This document shows, in pieces, positions 48,350-54,950 of a stretch of DNA of 54,950 nucleotides (the stretch's first letter is position 1; each line of letters opens with the position of its first letter). The stretch comes from Neovahlkampfia damariscottae. Lineage: Eukaryota. Location: contig JABLTG010000041.1 in assembly GCA_016618085.1 (NCBI GenBank), positions 62,001 through 116,950 on the forward strand. Direction: 5' to 3'. Under the pieces are notes generated by a model that saw only the letters and a program-made list of their open reading frames with translations, had not been told where the DNA came from and did no database searches. Made by a program: the position numbers and the translations under genes.

Positions 48350-48586
48350 ATGCCAAAAAAATATAATTTTAAATCCGAAATTGAAAAAGAAGAACACTTT
48401 AAAAAATATTTTAAAGATTATTACTAAGAAAATAAAGAAAATATAAAGAAAAACTTATATGAATTAAAAAGATGTGAATTTTGTAATATGGATGTGAGAA
48501 AATATAAATTTCAAAGACATTGCACTTCAAAAAAGCACAAAAAAAATGCTGAATCCTTGACTATTTCTTTAATAGAAGAATTATAA
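48350..48586 (+). pseudogene. Small C2H2-like zinc-finger gene of viral type with an in-frame stop
   Basis: MPKKY...KDYY*ENKE...CEFCNMDVRKYKFQRHCTSKKHKK; TAA at 48425. Confidence 0.6.
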
Positions 48587-48594
48587 ATTTTTTG

Positions 48595-48703
48595 ACTCGT
48601 AGTTTTTGTTAGCCATAATTTTATGGTCAGTTGTTTCCACATAATCTGATTTGTTTATATAGAATCTATCAACCAATTTTTATGGATAATAAAAACTACG
48701 AAT
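48595..48703. mobile_element. MITE-like inverted-repeat element, copy 2 (~109 bp)
   Basis: Arms actcgtagtttttgttagccataa and ttatggataataaaaactacgaat; about 23 bp with 2-3 mismatches. Confidence 0.6.
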
Positions 48704-51460
48704 TTATTTTTTGCTTACATTACAATGAGTACATGTTAATTGACAATTGGATTTTAAATGGCTAATATTGTTTTCTAACCTATCCACCAAAAGATTTTTC
48801 CCATCTCCTTTAATTGGTGATAAATTTAATTGTTTTTTACAAATGATACATTTCCCCTTTTATTTTTTATGCATTTCTATTATCATCCTTTGTAATAAAT
48901 TATTTGTAATACTTCTTTTTGCTTTCATGTCTTGAGATTTATAATTATTTATCATTCTTTCAAAATCATAATCCAATTTTACACTTGTATTTGAAAAAAC
49001 TAAATTTAAATTATTTAAGTTGGTGCATCTTGTGAGAGCTGTCCATGCCACCTGTCATCAACAAAATCACTTTCAACATTAAAAATATTGATATTTTTTT
49101 CTGTTGTAATACCTTGCACTGAATGACCTGTATGAGCGAAATAAAGACGAAAACAACTATTTAAATGTTGAATTGAAATGATATATTTTTCTTTGGTTAA
49201 AACATCTTGTAATGTTGCATTTTCTTTATTTACTTCCACAATATTATAAACATAATGGTTGTGAAATAAATTATCTTTTGTTTTAAATCTTTGTTTAACG
49301 AAACATTTGATATCTTTACACCAGTTAAAAATTTTACATTAAACCTTTTTATATTTTAATTTATTTAAAACTTCTTAACATATTTTTATTGCTGTTGAAT
49401 TGAAATAAGTAATATTCATATTTGTTCTATTATTTTTTTCTCCATTTATTTTAATTCCAAATTGTGTATAAAGTGTATTAATAAGTTCTTAATGTAAAAT
49501 ATTATTGAAGTTATTAAAAATGTATTTTTTTAACTTTCTTAATGTTTCTTCTTGTTGTTCATCTTTAATTCTTCTACTTCTATGTGATTGTAAATGATTA
49601 AAAACTATATTTAATAATTTTGTTGTAAATAGTTTCATCATTAATGAAATTCTCAATTGGACTATTTTGTAAATTATTTTCAGTTGCAATAAATATTTAA
49701 TCTTCATTTGATTTCATAATATTTTTCAAATCCCATAAATTACTTATTATTAAATTATAAATTTCATCAATAAGAATGACAGTAAAATCTGTTAAATCAA
49801 ATAATGTTACTTTTTTGTCTTCTTCCACAATAATGCTTGCCAATTTACAAAATGTAATCACTTCAACTTTTTTAAATTTATTTTTAATGTCCAATGTTAA
49901 AACATTTGTAGGACAAACAACTAATATTTTCTTATTAATTGATTGATAATATTTATTAATTGGTTGTTTTACCAGCTTCCAGTAAATCGACTCTTACAAT
50001 GGTTGTATTAACTACTTTACTAAATTTTGTATTATTAAATTCATTTTCCAATTCAATTTTATTAATTGTTTGTGGTTTGTAGATTTTTAATTTAATTTGT
50101 TCAACATTTAAATTTTCACATTTTTTCATACAAGTATTACAACAATCTTTAGTGTATTTATGTATTGTTAAAAAAGTTGAACTTTTAAAATATTCTTTTT
50201 GAATTAGTTTTATTTCCCCATTTATTGCCAGTTCTAAATGATAATTTTAAAGTGTCAGGTTTTTTATTTGTATATATACAATCAGTTTTTACTAATACAA
50301 CATCAATACTTTGTTTCTTTGATTTTTTATACATTAAAAATAATTTTGTTTTCATTGTATCATAAATTAATGCTTGAATTAAATAAAAACCATTTTTTAA
50401 TTGTTTTTTTTCTGCTTTGTGTTCAATATACTATAATTTAGTATCTCTTACATGTTTTGGAAAGTGTGAATTATTTCTTTTTAAATATGAATTTGCTTTT
50501 TTTTTTGTATTATATAATCCACTTTGACTTCCTTGTGAGTATCTTTTTCCAGTTAATTCAATTCCTTTATTTAAAATAAATTTCTAATTTTTTTCTTTTA
50601 AACCACTATTTTTTACTTTATCCATAATTGAAGGTAAAATATCATTATCTTGAACTTTATTTAACTTGCAAACAGATAAAATTTTAACTTTTTAATATTT
50701 TTTAATTAATAATAAATTAACACCATAAATTAATCTTGTTTTTGTATTAAATAATAATTTATTTTCTGGTGAAGATTCTAATTTTATTATATATAAATTT
50801 GATGGCAAAATATCTTCTCCATTATATTTTTTAAATTTATTAAATGGTGTTACAACTGGAATAAATTACTTTCATATAAGATTGAAAAATAAGTCTTTGT
50901 AAAATCAATTGTGAACTGTTCTTTTAGAATATTATATTTTAAATTACCAACAGCACATGAAATTGGAAAACTAAATAAATTATATTGTAATGAATCCAAA
51001 TAGGTTGATAAATAATTTTTAAATAATAAACCATTTATAAATTCATTGTCATATTTTTTATACAATTTCATATAATCAGTTTTTACTTTTTCATCTATAC
51101 ATCTGATTTCTGTTTCATCTTTATTAAATGTAATATCATGATTAGTTAAATTGACAATTATATCATTTATTTTAAATAAAATATTGGTTAATGATTTGGA
51201 ATATCTAATTTGTGGATGATATTTTAAAGTATATTTTAATCAAATTAATACTTCAGCTAAATTTCTACCATAATAAATTGTGATTCTATCATTTGTAAAT
51301 TCTAAATTCAATAATTCTTCTTTATCATAAATGAACAATTCATTTTTATCTTTCTTTGGTTTTGCATTATAATATTCACAAGTTTTAATTTCTTCTTCCT
51401 TCTTTGAATTAAACGCATTTAATCTATTGGTAAATGGATAAATATGATTTTTTGTAATAA
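48704..51460 (-). pseudogene. Decayed PolB-like DNA polymerase/SF1 helicase/HNH-like nuclease fusion gene (endogenous Polinton-like virus relic)
   Basis: Motifs read in order across stops and frameshifts. Polymerase: IDFTKTY (~50900), KFILNKGIELTGK (~50565), VKTDCIY (~50285). Helicase: AGKTT (~49970), VCPTN, ILIDEI, HSVQG, WTALTR. Nuclease-like: DRLENNISH...NCQLTCTHCN. No introns. Confidence 0.7.
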
Positions 51461-51846
51461 TACAGTTGTGTCAAAAGCAATTAGTTCTGGTTCCACATCT
51501 GTGAGTTTGTCATTACCTTCACTTCTTAATAAAAGAGTAATTGATTTATGTGGAATATGAAGAGCTTTTGCATTGAATAACACGGCTAATTCATTCGATT
51601 ATACTGATACTTTAATAGCACCAACAAGTTTCAATTTAAAATCTGGAAATAAACACCTTGCATATGGTCTTCAAAACGACATTACAAAAACATATTATGA
51701 TAAAGTAATTTTACCACGTTTAGAAATGCCTGGACATAACAATTTAATATCAGGTGTTGCTTCTGCTGGTAATGAATTTATTATTAGTTTTGCAAATGAT
51801 CATCAAGTTGAATCATCTGAAAGCAAAAGATATCATGGTAGCAAGT
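51459..51846 (+). pseudogene. Probable major-capsid-protein fragment (PLV/virophage-like)
   Basis: Beta-rich, S/T/G/N-rich text NTVVSKAISSGSTSVSLSLPSLLNKRVIDLCGI*RAFALNNTANSFDY...ISGVASAGNEFIISF. It directly abuts the polymerase relic and has no start and an internal stop. Confidence 0.35.
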
Positions 51847-52402
51847 AGTAGGGGGGCTATGTCCTAAAACTAAGAGTAAATTTTGGAACTGGACCAATAT
51901 GAAAATTCCAGTATAAAGCCAACCACCAATCGCAGCCAGCACCAAAGAAATTATAAAACAAACCTCTATACGTCGTTCAAATGAACAGTTCAGGAAACCA
52001 AGAAACAATAACAACCAACACCTACAAAATCAACCTTCAAAATTTTGGAAATCAAACCAGTTTCGGAGAATTTATATAGTTTGGGTTTGTTTTAACAATT
52101 GGGTTTTGAAATAGAAAAATAAAGAAGTGGAGGATAAAGTTGTTGTAAAGAGATTGAAAGGATGTATTTTTTATTTCATTAGTAAAGGTAATCATTTTGA
52201 AAATAACTTTTTTAAAATACAGGTTTGAAGTGGTTGAAAAAATGAGTGATTTGTAGGATTTTTAATTATTTTTTTGGAAATTTGGTATGTTCGGAATACC
52301 AGAAATAAATTTTTAAAATCGGAGAAATTTTGGCGAATCAAATTTTTTTTCAGAAGTCAACTTCTCAAGAAAATTGTTGATTGGATAATTTTTTAAAGTT
52401 GA

Positions 52403-52960
52403 ATGGAAGAACTTGAGGAAGGAAAATCAAAATTTAATAATTATTCAACTTTTTTTCTTGAAAGGTATATTTCCTCAAATCTACATGAACGCCAAAAAGA
52501 TGCTTTAACGTGCACTGTAGAATACTTTTTGAATAAAAAAAATGAAACTGCTCTCTTAGTGCTTCCAACTGGAACAGGAAAAACAGGAATAATATCTTTT
52601 CTTCCACACGTTTTAAACAAGAACAAAGTTTTAATAATTACACCATCAGAACAAATTACAAAACAGATTCAAAACGATATGCCAGTTTTAGGAGAAACAT
52701 TTTATGAAAAAATTGGTTTTGAAATATTCATAGAAAATCCTTTAATTGTTTCAAATTCTAAAGATCTGAAACAAATAGAGACAAAAATTTTATTATTACA
52801 AATGCTCATAAATTTGGAAATAATTCTAAGGAACTGAATTATCTGATATCAAAAACGACGTTGATTTAATAATAGATGAAACTTATAGTTTTTCAGCTAA
52901 AACTTATTGAACATTTTATTGAAAGCAAAAAAAATATTCTTAACAATAACTTTAACGTGC
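52403..52960 (+). pseudogene. ResIII-like superfamily-2 helicase, truncated and frameshifted
   Basis: LHERQKDAL, LVLPTGTGKTG and VLIITPS. Then in shifted frames TNAHKF and a degenerate LIIDETY..SAKTY*; no helicase C-domain. Confidence 0.65.
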
Positions 52961-53513
52961 AAACATTCACAAAACATAATTCAATAATTCTATCATTCTC
53001 CAATGATTATAATTCAGACATCTTTTGAAAATTAACATAAAAATGTTTGAAAAACCATGGATTTTCTATTTATAAATGGTAAAAGATGGCTCAATTCACA
53101 AGAATTTTTTCTGAATTTCTTTGTTTAATGATTTTTAGTATCAAACGAAATTCTGTTTCAGGTGAAAGATCAAAATAAGCATAATTTTAGACAATTATGA
53201 ATAAATCCTTTTCTATGAATTGCAATTAAATGATGTTCATTGCTATAATATAATTTTAGTCACCTTTTTGGCAATTTCTGGTACTAAAATAAATTAAAAT
53301 TTCAACTATACTTTCAGTTCTCTTCATTTTTAAAGATGTAACTTGTTTATCAATAAAAGAGTTGAAGTTTGTGAACACCTAAAACTTTGTCGTTTATTCA
53401 CTTTTATATTATTTGTTGTAATTTTATGAACAAAATTAATTCTTTTGGAATACTCAAATAATTGATCCGATTTATTTTGAGTTTCCAATTGGTCAATTGA
53501 TCTCAAACAAAAA

Positions 53514-54950
53514 ATGAACCAAGAAAAACCTGTTGAAAAAATTATTGGACCTCCAAAACTTGATAAAGAAATATTTGAAATCTCAACTTCAGTATCACAG
53601 GATATTTTTGAAGAAACCATTAAATTGCCTTTTGTAAATAGAAAAAAAGAAATAGTTTCCATTATTTGTAGATTTGCAAAGAACTATTATTATCATAAAA
53701 ACCATCCAGAATCTTGGAGATCAATTTATATGGTTGTTTCTGATCAAATGCATGGAGTTGGAAAAACAACACTCGCTAAAAATTTATTAAAACATGCACC
53801 AAAATATAAAAAAGAAATTATTGAAAATTTAAAGAGTTCAATGGAAGAACGTTATGATGAAGACTTTTTTGAAAAAACTCTTGACAGAATATTCAATATG
53901 AAAAATACATCAAATCTTTTTGAATTTTTTTTTCAAGAAGGAGAAGAAAAGATTTCAAGTCAAATAGCTTATTCCATTTTTCAAAACTCTGAAATGAGAG
54001 ATAATGCACTACATGGAATGGCAACAGATGAAATGAAAAAATATGATTATTTTCTTCATATTGACGAAGTAACAGGAAATATTGAAATGATAAGAAATCT
54101 TTGGAGGAAATTAATTACATTAAAATTAGAATTATCAAAACATAATATTATTTTTGATTTTTATTTAACTGGAAAAAGAACTCTTTATAATAAGGTATTT
54201 TAAATATTATTTGAATATTGTAGATTGGTCGTGGTTCTAACATTTCACCTTCATCCATTGAATGGATTTTAATTCATCCTTTAGAAAAAGAACATGTACA
54301 ACAATTGGTAAATGATGAAGAAACATTTCCAAAAAATATTTCATTTGAAAATGATGAATTAAAAAATGTCTTTATTAATTTAGTTCATTCATCATCAGGT
54401 GGAATTCCAAGATTAATTGAATTTTTATGGATTTCTTTTAAAAAAATTGGAAATAAAATATTGAAAACAGAAGAAGAAATGGATATGATTTTTCTTCATT
54501 CATTTAAATTAATTGAATTATATGCAAGAGATTCAGATAAATTCATTTTAGATGAAGAATTAAAAATACCAGCTTTACATTTTTATGCATTATCCATTTT
54601 TTGTAATTCATTCAAATCAAATGAAATAATTAAAATTAATGAAGAAAAATTTGAATTTCAAGATATAATATCAAGACTTCCTTTTTATATTACCAAAGAA
54701 AAAAATGAACTTAAAATTATTCAATCATTTATGTATAAATTTTTAAAAAAAAATTATGAAAAAAATCTTGGAATTATATTTTCATTAACTCCAAATTTAT
54801 CTGAAAATATATTTCTTGATCCGTCTTATCTTTTTGAAATTTTTATATTAAATAGATTAATTTCTATTTCTCAATTGAATTTGAAAAAAAAAATATCAGA
54901 AATGAATTCACTTCCATTTTTACATCACAGTTTTGTTTCACAATTAAATT
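53514..54950 (+). CDS. P-loop NTPase (Crinkler/CR-NTPase-like), partial; runs off the window end
   Basis: PFVNR, Walker A QMHGVGKTT, Walker B LHIDEV, intron at about 54195-54222, then SGGIPRLI. Confidence 0.65.

Noticed and set aside
48704..50000. Helitron as the source of the SF1 helicase
   Set aside because: No HUH Rep motifs are seen upstream; polymerase-like motifs A, B and C occupy that position. Disfavoured rather than excluded.
1..54950. Prokaryotic origin, or a non-standard genetic code explaining the fragmented ORFs
   Set aside because: Breaks in the conserved genes are resolved by short GT-AG introns, and TAA, TAG and TGA all terminate conserved proteins.
1..54950. tRNA, rRNA or snRNA genes
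   Set aside because: No cloverleaf with A/B boxes, no rRNA-like tract and no U1/U2/U5/U6 signature was recognised by eye. The GGTTCGAA at ~42720 is a DHHC splice donor.

Overview
Very AT-rich, gene-dense nuclear DNA of a unicellular eukaryote. It uses the standard genetic code, has tiny GT-AG spliceosomal introns of about 26-45 nt, and its intergenic gaps are often under 100 bp. The style fits a free-living protist such as a heterolobosean, but the taxon cannot be fixed from sequence alone. Positions 1-46.3 kb hold about 35 mostly intron-split genes. Recognisable ones are VPS52, an LZTR1-like Kelch-BTB protein, NELF-B, an actin with a long N-terminal extension, CBP80, alkaline ceramidase, an S8 protease-EGF-TM protein, a SHAQKYF MYB, YeeE/YedE, SEL1L, RPL27, a YbaB/EbfC-like protein, a GAF-adenylate cyclase, a tropomodulin-like LRR protein, a four-copy 2-TM family interrupted by a 7.3-kb intronless sacsin-U-box gene, GTP-PEPCK, NAA38, an FBXL, a CaaX-bearing DUSP, a DHHC palmitoyltransferase, PDCD5, eIF3j and a TALE homeobox. 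Almost every start codon has a CCAAT/ATTGG box a few tens of bp upstream. Splicing oddities are 3-, 5-, 6- and 9-nt microexons inside conserved motifs, and a double-length intron with a central AG|GT. From 46.3 kb to the end is an accessory zone. It contains two ~108-bp inverted-repeat elements, P-loop NTPase genes, a decayed ResIII-like helicase, and a decayed endogenous Polinton-like-virus relic (PolB-like polymerase/SF1 helicase/HNH fusion, zinc finger, probable capsid fragment). All calls come from manual motif recognition; no database searches were run.
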